Below, piece by piece: positions 38,606-50,400 of a stretch of 64,000 bases of DNA. The stretch spans positions 17,980,001 to 18,044,000 of the forward strand of contig JBHGNT010000004.1 of NCBI GenBank assembly GCA_043228905.1. Reading direction: 5' to 3'. The stretch is from Azolla caroliniana. Its lineage: Eukaryota > Plantae > Polypodiophyta. Made by a program: the position numbers and the translations under genes. Positions within the stretch are counted from its first letter, which is position 1; the number at the start of each line of letters is the position of its first letter. Under the pieces are notes generated by a model. It ran no database searches, was not told where the DNA came from, and saw nothing but the letters and a program-made list of their open reading frames with translations.

Positions 38606-38651
38606 TATAAAGAATTGAGAAGGCAAGAGTGGTTGTAATGCAGCGGAAGAT

Positions 38652-38686
<35 letters not shown>

Positions 38687-41600
38687 TGAGTGAGAGAGAG
38701 AGAGAGAGAGAGACAGCTCTTAAGACAGAGATAGAAAAACTTTATATTAACCAAATTACATCAAAGCATAAGACATCCAACAACAACTAAGTTACAAGGG
38801 GTTGGTTTAAATACCAACTAAGCTATGGCAAGTCCCCTTTCTACTATTTACAAAACTAGCCTAGTATGTCCATGAGCTAGTATGAAACCTATCTATGGGC
38901 AGTTGAGTTCGATTCTCAACACGCCCCTTAGAACACAACTTCCATCTGTCAGAAAGTTGTTTCGGTCTTCGGAGTACTTCGATTTAAGGAATCGGATTCC
39001 GGCTTTATTGCTTTACGCTTCTTATTGTGTGTTGCGTAGTCTAGCCGTGTTGCGTACTCCCCCTCAAGCTCGGCAATTTAGATGTCGTGAGACCAAGGTC
39101 CGATGCAAATTGCCCGAGCTTGTCGATGCCTAGAGCTTTCGTGAAAGTATCAGCAACCTGCAGGTGCGTACTAATGTGTTGTAGGTCGATCTCTCCAGCC
39201 TGTACGCGCTCGCGGATGAAGTGGTAGTGGACCTCGATATGCTTAGTCCGCGCGTGGAATACGGGATTCCGCGCCAGGTAGATACTACTCATGTTGTCGT
39301 AGTATATGTGAATCGGATCCTTGATGGGTACGCCCAGATCCTTTAGTACGCGTTTGAGCCAGACGGCTTCGCATGTAGCAATTGCTACGCCCCTGTATTC
39401 GGCTTCCGTGCTCGACAATGCGACTGTCGGCTGCTTCTTACTACTCCAAGAGATCGCTCCGCTGCCAAGAGAGAAGAAGAATCCGGAGGTGGATCGTCTG
39501 TCCGCTTTATATCATGCCCAGTCCGCGTCCATAATGCCGTAGTCCATTGTCATACTAACATACTGAAGTATCCCCTTAACGCAGTCCAGATGAAGATTTC
39601 GCGGATTCTACATAAATTGGCTAAGTAGGCCAACCGAATAACTGAGGTCGGGTCGCGTAATGGTCAAATAGATCAAACTACCGATCAGTTGTCGATACTG
39701 AGTCAGCTCACTCTCAGCGGTTCCGGAATTGGCATCGATCTTGAGATTACGATCAAGAGGGATAGACACAGGCTTGCACTTGGTCATTCTGAACTTGTAG
39801 AGTAAGTTGAGATTGTAGTGTCGTTGAGAGATCATTATTCCGACTGGTGTCTGAATTACTTCAATACCTAGGAAGTAATGGAGCTCGTGTAAGTCTTTCA
39901 TTTCGAATCTGCCGGAAAGAAGTGATTTGACTTTGTTAATCTCGGCGAGATCCTTCCCTCCGATGACCAAATCATCCACGTACAGGATGATGATGATCAG
40001 GTTATCCGACTCATTTCGGATGTACAGAGAGGTGTCAGATTTTGACATCTGAAATCCGACTTGGTGAAGATATTGCATGATCTTCGAGTGCCAAGCACGC
40101 AGTGCTTGTTTGAGGTCGTAGAATGGCTTCTTGAGTTGGCATACGGCGAGCAAATGCTTACGCGATTCGAATTCGGGTGGTTGTATCATGTACACCTCTT
40201 CTTCTAACTCTCCTTGGAGGAAAGCGTTTTCCACGTCCATCTGGTGGAGGTGCCATCCCTTCGCTATGGCGAGTGCAATTATTGTCCGTATGGTTGTCAT
40301 CTTTGCCACCGGGGCAAAGGTTTCTTCGTAGTCTATGCCATGCGTTTGCGCGTAGCCTTTCGCAACGAGCCGTGCTTTGAAGCGATTTACGGATCCGTCG
40401 GCATTGTATTTTACTTTGTATATCCATCTGCATCCAATCGCTTTCTTGTTCGGGGGGAGAGGAACAAGATCCCATGTCTCGTTTTTGCATAAAGCTTCCA
40501 TCTCCTCATTCATTCTATCGACCCATCATGAATCCTTTGCGGCTTCGGAAACCATTTCCGGTTCCCGTACTGACGCTACTTTCATCATAAAAGTGTAGTG
40601 ATACGCCATGTACTCGTCATAGCCATAGCGGTTTACGGGGTTCTTCTCTCGGGTGGACCGGCGTAGCTTTTTGTTCGCGGATTCTAAAGCTTTCTTCACG
40701 CCGTCTATCCCGGTGTCAAGGCCTTCGAACTCACTATCAAGGGAGTGGATCGATTCAAATTCGAACTGATCTTCATATTCCCGCATTTTCGCCTTCCCTT
40801 TGTCCAGCTTCGGACTCGGCCGAGATGTGCTTTCATCACTCGGCGGCTCTAATGGCCCACTCAGCTGTGTCGTAATAGGGATGTCTTCTAACATCTGTGT
40901 GAGCCGATCCTCAGCTTCTATTTCTATTTCAGTGTCATCTGCATCGAGCGGGGTTGGAGTCGAAGTATTCACTGGTGCGTACCAAGATGCGTATTCGTCG
41001 AAGACTACGTCTCAATTTGTTCAAAACTTACGGGTAGATGGATTGTAGCATTTGTACCCCTTCTATTCGAGTGAGTATCCTAGGAGGATAAATTTCTCCA
41101 TCTTTGGGTCAAGCTTTTGCCGCGTATTGTCGAGAATATGTACGTAGGCGATAGAACCGAAAATACGAACATGTGACAAGTCCGGCTTCTTTCCAAAGAA
41201 TTTCTCATGCAGAGTTATATCGTGTACTCCCAAGGTTGCGCACTTGTTCATGAGATATACAGCCGTATTTGCCGCTTTTGCCCAATCAGGTTCTTGTCGT
41301 TCATCGTGGCTCGTGCGACTTCTACTACATGGCGATTTTTACGCTCTGCTACGTCGTTTTGCTGAGGCGTGTGTCGACACGAGAACTCTCGCCGGATTCC
41401 TTCTTTTCGGAGATATGCCGAAAATTCATCCGAAGACAGCGTATATGCCGACCCGTAGTTTTTTCGACTTCGGCCCTGAATGTCTGGAAGTGCCTGAACA
41501 CTTCACTCTTCTAATCGAAGACAGCGTATATGCCGACCCGTAGTTTTTTCGACTTCGGCCCTGAATGTCTGGAAGTGCCTGAACACTTCACTCTTCTAAT

Positions 41601-43510
41601 CGAAGACAGCGTATATGCCGACCCGTAGTTTTTTCGACTTCGGCCCTGAATGTCTGGAAGTGCCTAAACACTTCACTCTTCTGCTTCATCAGATAGATCC
41701 ATGTGTTCCTGGAGAAGTCGTCAATGAACGTGACATAGTATCGGCATCCACCGAATGTTGTTGTCTGGGCTGGTCCCCACACATCTCAATGTACAACATC
41801 CAGGATCCCTTTGCTCACATTTTGCTCCTTAGGGAATGGGTGATGACGGCGTTGCTTTCCGAACTGACATGCTTCGCATACGCTTGTAATCTCCTTTGCC
41901 ATAAAGTTCAAGAGTCCGATTACGACTCCTTTCGATTGCATGTTTTGTAGTTTCTGGAGATTAATGTGGCCGATTCTCTTGTGCCACAATTTTAAGTCGG
42001 TTTCGACTTTCTGGCCCTTTGCATACATGGCTGACTTTACCTCGCTTGATTCAAGGATGAACATACGACCTTCTCGTCGGTCGTGAGCTACAACTTGATC
42101 GCCTTTTTCGATGAAGCATCTGGCATTATTGAAGCGTACTTGCATTCCTTGTTCGACAATCTGGCCGACCGAGACCAAGTTTTTCATGATGGTGGGGACA
42201 TGCATCACATCCTTGAGGTAGGTTTGTTTGTCGTCGTTTCCGAATGGGATGTTCCCGATATGTTGTATGGGTTGTGTTGTGTCATCTCCTATTTCGACAT
42301 ATCCAGGACGTTCAAGCTTTCGAAGTTCCCGAAACCAATCTTCATGGGACGTCATGTGATTGGATGCTCCCGAATCGACAAACCATACGTTGTTCGGAGT
42401 GGAAGCGGTAGTTGACGCAAGTGCGGACATTGAGTGCGCTTCGTGCTTCATTATGAACATTCCGCTGTGGTCGTCGTAGTCGGAGTTCGTGGTGTAATTT
42501 GTTAGTTGTTGGCCTTGCTCACGCTTCTTCTTCCGACACTCCTCTTCGTAGTGGTCGGGTTTTCCGCAATACCCGCACTCAACTAGGTTCCTACGGTTCC
42601 TTGGTCCGGCGTGATGACTCCCCCTTCCACCGAACTCTCTGGGGCCGTTTCTGTCTACTTGCCTTTGGTGGGAGTTACGATGTTGATTGTGTCAACCTTG
42701 GCCGTATTGGCCTCTCCTGCTGCGACTGTGTCCTCTTCCTCCATCGAAGTTCGAATATAGCATCTGTCCTTTGTGTGCGTTGTTCCTTTGACGCACGTGA
42801 TTCTCTTCGACCAGCAATCACGATTGGAGATCAAAAAAGGAGGGAGGATTTTCTCTCGTGAGAACGGACGATCTTATTGCACCAAATCGCGGTGCTAAGC
42901 CACCAAGGCATATCTGCACCATTTCTTCATCGTCAATGCTAACATTGATCGATCCAAGGGCATCGCACAACTCCTTAATCTTTAAGGTGTAGTTGCCGAT
43001 TGACATGTCCCTTTGTTGAAGATTGTTCAGCTCTTGTCGAAGTTGGAGCTTTCGTGCGGCGGTATTGGCTGCAAAAATCTTCTTGAGGTTTTCCCACGCC
43101 TGCTTCGGCGTTTTTGCCTCTCAAATGTAGCCAAGCATATGATCATGAACGCATGATGCAAGGCAATACAACACACGGCTTGCGGCCTGCTCCCAAGCGG
43201 GATAGTCGGCGTGTGTTGGGTTGGGGTGTGATTCGTGAGCTCCTTCGATGTAGCTCCAGTAGCCTTGTCCGACAAGATATTGATGCATCTTGTATTCCCA
43301 AGATGCAAAGTTCGTTCTATCGAGCTTCTCGGTAGGAAGAGCGCTTCCCATTTGAGTATTCATGGTGATTTCTTCTCTGTCAATGGGCCAATTCTGTTGA
43401 TCGTCGGCGTGCAGCACAACACAGTCGAAAATGCTTGATCAAGCAACCACTCAATCTGATACCATGTAAAGAAATGAGGAGGCAAGAGTGGTTGTAATGC
43501 AGTGGAAGAT

Positions 43511-43553
<43 letters not shown>

Positions 43554-43569
43554 AAGATTGAGAGAGAGA

Positions 43570-43600
<31 letters not shown>

Positions 43601-43823
43601 AGAGAGAGAGAGAGAGAGATCTTAAGACAGAGATAGAAAAACCTTATATTAACCAAATTACATCAAAGCATAAGACATCCAACAACAACTAAGTTACAAG
43701 GGGTTGGTTTAAATACCAATTGAGCTAGGGCAAGTCCCCTTTCTACTATTTACAAAACTAGCCTGGTATGTCCATGAGCTAGTGTGAAACCTATCTATGG
43801 GAAGTTGAGTTCGATTCTCAACG
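38606..43823 (-). mobile_element. Ty1/Copia LTR retrotransposon nested in the non-autonomous element
   Basis: LTRs 38606-38921 and 43465-43823, TSD ccctc, PBS tggtatcaga (iMet) at 43455-43464. gag, protease WFVDSGAS, integrase, RT YVDD (39608-40513), RNase[13 protein letters not shown] (39041-39418). Confidence 0.93.
41431..41682 (+). repeat. Tandem triplication of an 85-bp integrase segment in Copia-2
   Basis: cgaagacagcgtatatgccgacccg starts at 41431, 41516 and 41601. Confidence 0.92.
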
Positions 43824-43849
43824 CCCTCCCAATTGGAAGCATCACTCGT

Positions 43850-44290
43850 CTTTGTCATCGCCCTTGCTTTTAGAGTTATCATCGTCACCGTCATCAATAT
43901 CCTTTTGTTTCTTATCTTCCTCGACATCTCTATCTCTTAGTTTCTTCCCATCATCGTCGTTGTCTTTTAGTTTCTTCTCATCCTCCACATATCTATCTCT
44001 GTGTTTCTTATCATCATCATCCCTATCTTTGCACTTCTTATCATCTTCCACATCCCTATCTCTGCATTTTTTGTCATTGTCATCCTTCTCCCGGTGTTTC
44101 CTACCGTTTTCATCTCTACCTATGTGTTTCTTATTATCTTCGTCCCTTTCTCTACGTTTCCTATCACCTTCATCCCTATCTTTGTGTTTTCTCTCATCCT
44201 TTGTATCTGTATATTTGTGTTTCGTCAGAACCTCAACATCTCGATCTCTATGTTTCTTATCCTCTTCATATCTGTCTCTGCTTCCATCAT
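43850..44290 (-). repeat. Degenerate ~30-bp repeat region encoding D/K/R-rich units (DDDKKHRDRD-like) on the minus strand
   Basis: Recurrent tcatcatccctatctctgtgtttctta-like units. ORF 43842-44051 (-). Confidence 0.75.
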
Positions 44291-44380
44291 TGCCTTCATT
44301 GCTTCGTCTTCGACATCATCATATTCAACCCTCTTGTTGTCATCATCGACACTACTTTGCCTAGCCTTCATTGTCGTCAA

Positions 44381-45385
44381 GTGTTCCAGTTCCCGGTGAA
44401 GACCGTGCAGGGTCGCTCACATCTGTTGGTGTTCGTGTCTCCGGTGAGGACCACACATGATCACTCACGCCCATTGGTGTTCGCGTCTTCGGTGAGGACT
44501 GTACATGGTCTCTCATGCTCGTTGGTATTCCAATTCCCGATGAGGACCATACATGGTCTCTCATGCTCATTGATGTTCCAATTCCTGATAAGGACCACAC
44601 ATGGCCGCTCATTCCCATTAGTGTTCATGTCTCTGGTGAGAGGACCGCACATGGTCACTCACGCCCGTTGGTGTTCATGTCTCCGGTGAGGACCGCACAT
44701 GGTCACTCATGCCCATTCGTGTTCGTTTCTCCGGTGAGGACCGCACAAGGTCGCCCATGCCCATTGGTGTTCGTGTCTCCAGTGAGGACCGTACATGGTC
44801 GCTCACACTCGTTGTTGTCCTAGTTCCCGGTGAGGACCGCACATGGTCGCTCACACCCGTTGGTGTCCCAGTTCCCGATGAGGTCCACATGGTCGCTCAC
44901 GCCCGTTGTGTTCCTGTCTTCGGTGAGGACCGTACATGGTCGCTCATGCTCATTGGTGTTCCAGTTCCCGGTGAGGACCACACATGGTCGCTCACTTCCG
45001 TTGGTGTTCATGTCTCCGGTGAGGACCGCACATGGTCGCTCACGTCCGTTGGTGTTCCTGTCTTCAGTGAGGACCACACATGGTCGCTCACTCATGTTGG
45101 TGTTCCAGTCTCCGGTGAGGACCTCACATGGTCTCTCATGCTCGTTGGTGTTCCAGTTCCCGGTGAGGACCATACATGGTCGCTCAAACTCACATTGGTG
45201 TTCCAGTCTCTGGTGAGGACCGAACATGGTCGCTCACGCTCACGTTGGTGTTCCAATATCCGGTGAGGACCGTACATGGTCGCTCACCCCCTTGGTGTTC
45301 TAGTCTCTGGTGAGGACCACACATGGTTGCTCGCGTTCACCCGTGCTCCTATTTCTGGTGAGGACTGCTCATGGTCACTCACTCC
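44381..45385 (+). repeat. 48-bp minisatellite, ~21 copies
   Basis: Consensus ggtgaggaccgcacatggtcgctcacgcccgttggtgttc(a/c)tgtctcc. Confidence 0.93.
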
Positions 45386-47445
45386 TCAACGTACTTTGGT
45401 TTTCTCTTTCAACTCACTCCTACTCCATGCTTTCGAAAAGGCGGCCATAAAGGGGAAGATAATGTCACAAACATGACAACAATCATGTCAAGATTTGAAC
45501 TCTTGACCTCTTATATATAGTCAAGTGTTGTGTTCTAACCAACACGTCCAAATATATAGTCATGTTATATATATCTTAGTATATTATTAGTAAATTAACT
45601 ATTTCAAGTTCTAGGAGTTTTTAGAAAGTTCTAGAACTAGAAGGTTGTAGAGGGTTCTAGAATATTCTCCCGAATATTCTAATGCATGTACTTCGACTCA
45701 CAGTATAAATACTTGTAACCTCCTTGGTCCCTTTCAAGGGATTCAACACCAGTCATTGACACATCAATCTAGTATTCTCGTTTCGCCCCATCTTCTCTCC
45801 TTGATTTACATCTATGTCTTTATGCTCTTGTATTGTTCCTAGAGTCTTAAGTTCCTCATCTCGTCACTCCCAACTTCCCGAGTTTCTATCCCCATCACGT
45901 CGAGTTCCACGTTTGTAACCTTATCGTTCGTAGCCTCGTCATTCGTGCTCCATTGTAGTCTAGGGTTGGTGTGTCCGTGACACAAAGGACCAATTAACAT
46001 GATCATAAGCTTTCTCCAAATCTAATTGCACCACAATCAATTCTTGATGAGTGTTTCGATCATAATCCATGGTCATTTGGAAATTCAACACATGATGCAA
46101 TATATTCCTACCTGCAATAAAACCATATTGGGTGGGATGTATCAACTTTGGCAAATACTTTTGTAATCTATTTGCCAAGACCTTTGTAAATATCTTATAC
46201 AACCCCCCCATCGAAGAAATAGGTCTCCATTGATGAAATGACTCGGGAGATGCCACCTTTGGAACTAATTTAATTAGACCAACCTTCCAAGCTTGAGGCA
46301 TACAACCAAAATCCCAAGAATGTTGAAACATCAAAGTAAAGGGCCCCTTTAAAATGTTCAAATATTGCTTAAAAACTTCATTTGTCAAGTCATCCCAACC
46401 AGGGCTCTTGCCACTATGAAGATGCCTTAAAACCGTGTCCACCTCATCTTTAGTGAAATCCGCATCCAATTCATGACTAATGAGTTCATGCACAATACAT
46501 CCAACCACATCATAAAACTCATGATGTGCTCTACTCACCTCATTTGTCATTAACAATTGTGGGTCAATCAACTTCTTAAAGTAATGAACACATATGTCAA
46601 TTATTATAGTAGGATCCACTATCAATTCATTCCCTTGCTTCACATGTACCACATTAGATTGAGCATAAGTAGGATGTAATGCTTGGAAAAACAAATGAGA
46701 TTGACATTGATTATCTATGAGCCCATCCTTTTTTCTTATAGAAATTCTGTGAAATTTTGTGAGTTTATATACATTTTGATTTAAAACAGAAACATGATGA
46801 TATCCCTTGAATCGCAACATGATAATTCCACAAATCTCCATTTCGTTTCTGTCAACTTGGCTATACACCCTAGGTTTGTAAAGGCCATAATATTTAATGA
46901 GCACTGGAGGGATAGACGAGACATGATTCTTATTTCCCAAGTTTGCCCCTTGTGATAATCTAAAAGGGGAAGATTTGATCCTGGAAATCGAGAAAACAAA
47001 GACAAGGGATGAATTGGATGGCCATCACAATGCTCCCGAGAGTGGTGGCACACCGATAGGTGGACAAGACGGACGGACGGACGAACGGACGAAATGTGAA
47101 GGGTCCGCAGCCGAGAGGCAAGATTCCTCAAACCTTAAAAGAGAGTTGAGTTATGTAATAAGCGATCCATGCATGCATTCCACAAACCTTAAAAAGAGAA
47201 AAAAACTCACCAAAGTTTTATGTATTACATATACACACTCACTGCATTTCATGCATATAACTAATAACTAACTCTCTCTCTCTCTCTCTCTCTCTCGTTT
47301 TGATAAATGAACCCATTTCCCTCCCCTGCTCTGTCCTGCTCTGTCCTGCTCTCCCTCTGCTCTGTTACAATATTAGGGTTTTATTGGTATATCTATATAG
47401 GTGTTTAACAACAATATTAAACTTTTCTACTGCTAGATTAGGTTA

Positions 47446-50400
47446 ATGGAGGAATTGGGTAAAGCCCTGGTAGCAGATTGTGCTGCCATCTGCAACGATC
47501 CTCAGTACCAGAGGAGTTGCCATGTACGAAACCTCCGTGGCTCCATCCGCCAATGGGCCAACAATCACAAAAGTAATTCTCGGTTTCTACCCATGCCTTC
47601 CTAAATTGTTTTTGGGTATTTACCACAGTATCCCCCCCCCCCACACACACACCCACCCACCCACCCAGGTTAACAAAAGTTACCAGAATACCCTGTGTTT
47701 CTCAGAGCTGAAGAAAGTGGATGGAGAGCTGGCCAGTTCCATTCAGGCTTGTGCTCGCCTCGAACAGGGTTTCAATTGCGGTACCGACTTGGATACCTAC
47801 AAATGCAATCGTGAGTATCATTTCATCCAAAAGCACATTTTTCATCTTCTCTTATGTATTTAATGTGTGCAATCATAGTTTGTATGTATGTATGTATGTA
47901 TGTATGTATGTGAGTGTGTATGGATTGGTGCATGAGTATGTGTGTGAGTGGTTCAGACCTGTTCGTTTGCTATGTAATCTAAGGTTTGCATGTGATGTAA
48001 TGGATTGATGGAAGAATACCTATGCATGTATGCATGTATGCATGCATTCATGAGTGGTTCAGACCTGTTCGTTTGCTATGTAATCTAAGGTTTGCATGTG
48101 ATGTAATGGATCAATGGAAGAATACCTATGCATGTATATATGTATGCATGCATTCATGAGTGGTTCAGACCTGTTCGTTTGCTATGTAATCTAAGGTTTG
48201 CATGTGATGTAATGGATCAATGGAAGAATACCTATGCATGTATATATGGATGAGTGGATGTTGATACAGGAATGTACAAACATGTGTATGTACCTGCATT
48301 TCGGTACTCAGTTGAACAAGATTGTTTTTCGTTTGTATATGCATCATAAGTTGCTCTTGTTTGTAAATGAAAAGTTGGTCATTCTTGTTTGTTTTTATGT
48401 ACTGGCAAGCCAGTGCACTTGTTTTGTGTTCTAAAGTCTTTCGTGGTTCTGGGTAAACAAATATTCAGTCTAAGCAAGCACATTTGTGTTGTTTTAAGAT
48501 AGAGGATCAGATTTCAAGCTTACATCATTCTGCTGAAGTCATATTGGCAGTTGAAGAGGCTCGTAGTGCCATGGTAGTGTTTCAACGTTATAAAACCTTG
48601 TTATTTTAATGTATCTTACAATAATTTATTGTTGAAAATATGTTATAACATCTCATTGACAAGATTTGTTTTTCGACAATAATTCCTAGGCCCAAAAGAA
48701 CAAGGCAGCTCTTGATACATCTTTTCTCTTGTTTGGAACCAAGGGAGTTATACCTAGGGTATCTTTCAGAGTTCTTTCATCTTACCAACATAACTACCTA
48801 CCTACATGCATGCATGCATACCTAACTACATACGTTCATACATTGACACAAGCATATATACATTGTCATTGTGTCATTATATTTGAAAATATGGCAGCCA
48901 GATCAGCTTGGATTAGTTCCAATGGGTGTCACAAGAACAGATACTAAGCCTCCAGTAAAGACATGGAATGAAGGGTGGCAGCCACGATGGGAGGGTGATT
49001 TAGGAGACCCATTTGAACCATACCAGGTTTTAATACTCTTGATTGTGATCAAAATACGGTAGTACATCTAAAGAAAAATACATCAAAGAAAGGTCCTGAA
49101 ACAAGTTAACTTTTTAGTTTTATTGACCATTGTGTGATCATGTTTGAATGCAGCAATTGATCGAACAATATTTGCACGGTGCTATCGCATATCATTCAAA
49201 GTAAAGAATTTATTTAATATCTGTTCTGATTGAAAATATTTAAGGTTTTAGGACATTTACCTGAATTTCTCTGTTACAAAAAACCAACTAAAAAGTCAGC
49301 ATTGTTTCAAGATCATTACTTTTTGTGCAATAAAGAAAAAGAAGTGGTAAGAATTATTTATTTTCTCACAAGTCTTTTTTTCTCCATTTTCTTTTTTGCC
49401 TTTTAGAGCATTAGAGCATCTGAGTGCAGCATTCGCCACAGTGCAAAGGGCTCGGAAGATCTCGAGAGATTACTCATATTTGAAAACACTTGCAGCAGCA
49501 GCAGGAATCACTGTTAAAGAATACCAACGGCTTCTTGAAATGTTCCGGAAGATTGACATTGAGAGTACAGGGTATGGAAATATATACAATAGTGCATAAA
49601 GTGGTGTGAATAGAGAAATAAATTGATAGATTTTATTATCAACCTTAGAATTCAAATATGAACTAAGGTAACAAAGTCAAACATTTTGAGATAGTGACTG
49701 GTAATGATTAGTGACTCTCGATGTCCGACGATTTTACTAATGATAGTTGCAACTGAGAGTCCACATTACGAATGGGAGAGACATGTTTTGCCCAAATGAT
49801 TATTTGGTAAGGTTGTTCAATGGAGACTGGAAGTTCACTTGTTCAATGCCTACATTCTGTAGTCTCATTTTGTAAAATTTGCATGTGGGGAGATTTGAAC
49901 CCACATGCATGGGTTAGTAAACACTTGGCTTACCAGTAGGGTACCGCACTAACATAGAGAAAATTGTTATGAGCATATTTGTACCATTTGATATATTATC
50001 AGCTTTTCTACTTTCTGAAAGAAACACCCAATTTAGCATAACTGATAGGCCACCTACATTATTTAGCATCGTTACCTTCTATAATGCAATGCCATCATTT
50101 TCATCTCTTGGGTTGTAATCTAGAAGGAAAACAAAATTAGGGGCTATTTATCAACCAATAGATATCAAATGGTACTTACGAAAAATACGCTTGCATTTTG
50201 GGAAATCTTGAAGTATTAGCCCAAACTCTTATACTTGCTCAGCTGTTTAAATTTAGTAGCTGAGGAGACTCCTTATTCTTTTACCATTGAAAGTCTCTTA
50301 TACTATGTATAAAACCAATGCATTGACTTATTTTGCTTTACTAAGAAATGCCTTATTTGTTTTTTTAGATTTTGAAATAAAGTTTGTGCCACTGAATAAG

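Larger units (their letters stand above)
38073..45982 (+). mobile_element. Non-autonomous LTR retrotransposon (LARD/TRIM-like, Gypsy-type LTRs) with a tandem-repeat interior
   Basis: LTRs 38073-38592 and 45463-45982 (TG..CA), TSD caaag on both sides, PPT aaaggggaagataa. Its own interior (43829-45462) has no gag or pol. Confidence 0.9.
34850..46940 (-). mobile_element. L1-clade LINE ORF2 remnant (RT, zf-RVT), 5'-truncated and interrupted by a MITE pair and an LTR element
   Basis: 45988-46940: KSPGWD, WRPIS, QYGFIAGR, LDLEKAYDHVNW. 37223-38072: IRQGCPHSPLLF, LVDDS, LGYPLG. ~35200-35369: KVFIWRVLIGGLP...C..(zf-RVT). Ends are approximate. Confidence 0.85.

Noticed and set aside
43852-45266. Plus-strand Ser/Leu-rich and Val/Pro-rich ORFs as host genes
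   Set aside because: They are by-products of stop-poor tandem repeats that are open in several frames.
44381-45385. CRISPR-like array (regular repeats containing a palindrome)
   Set aside because: Units are contiguous 48-bp tandem copies with no unique spacers and no cas genes, in a eukaryotic context inside an LTR element.
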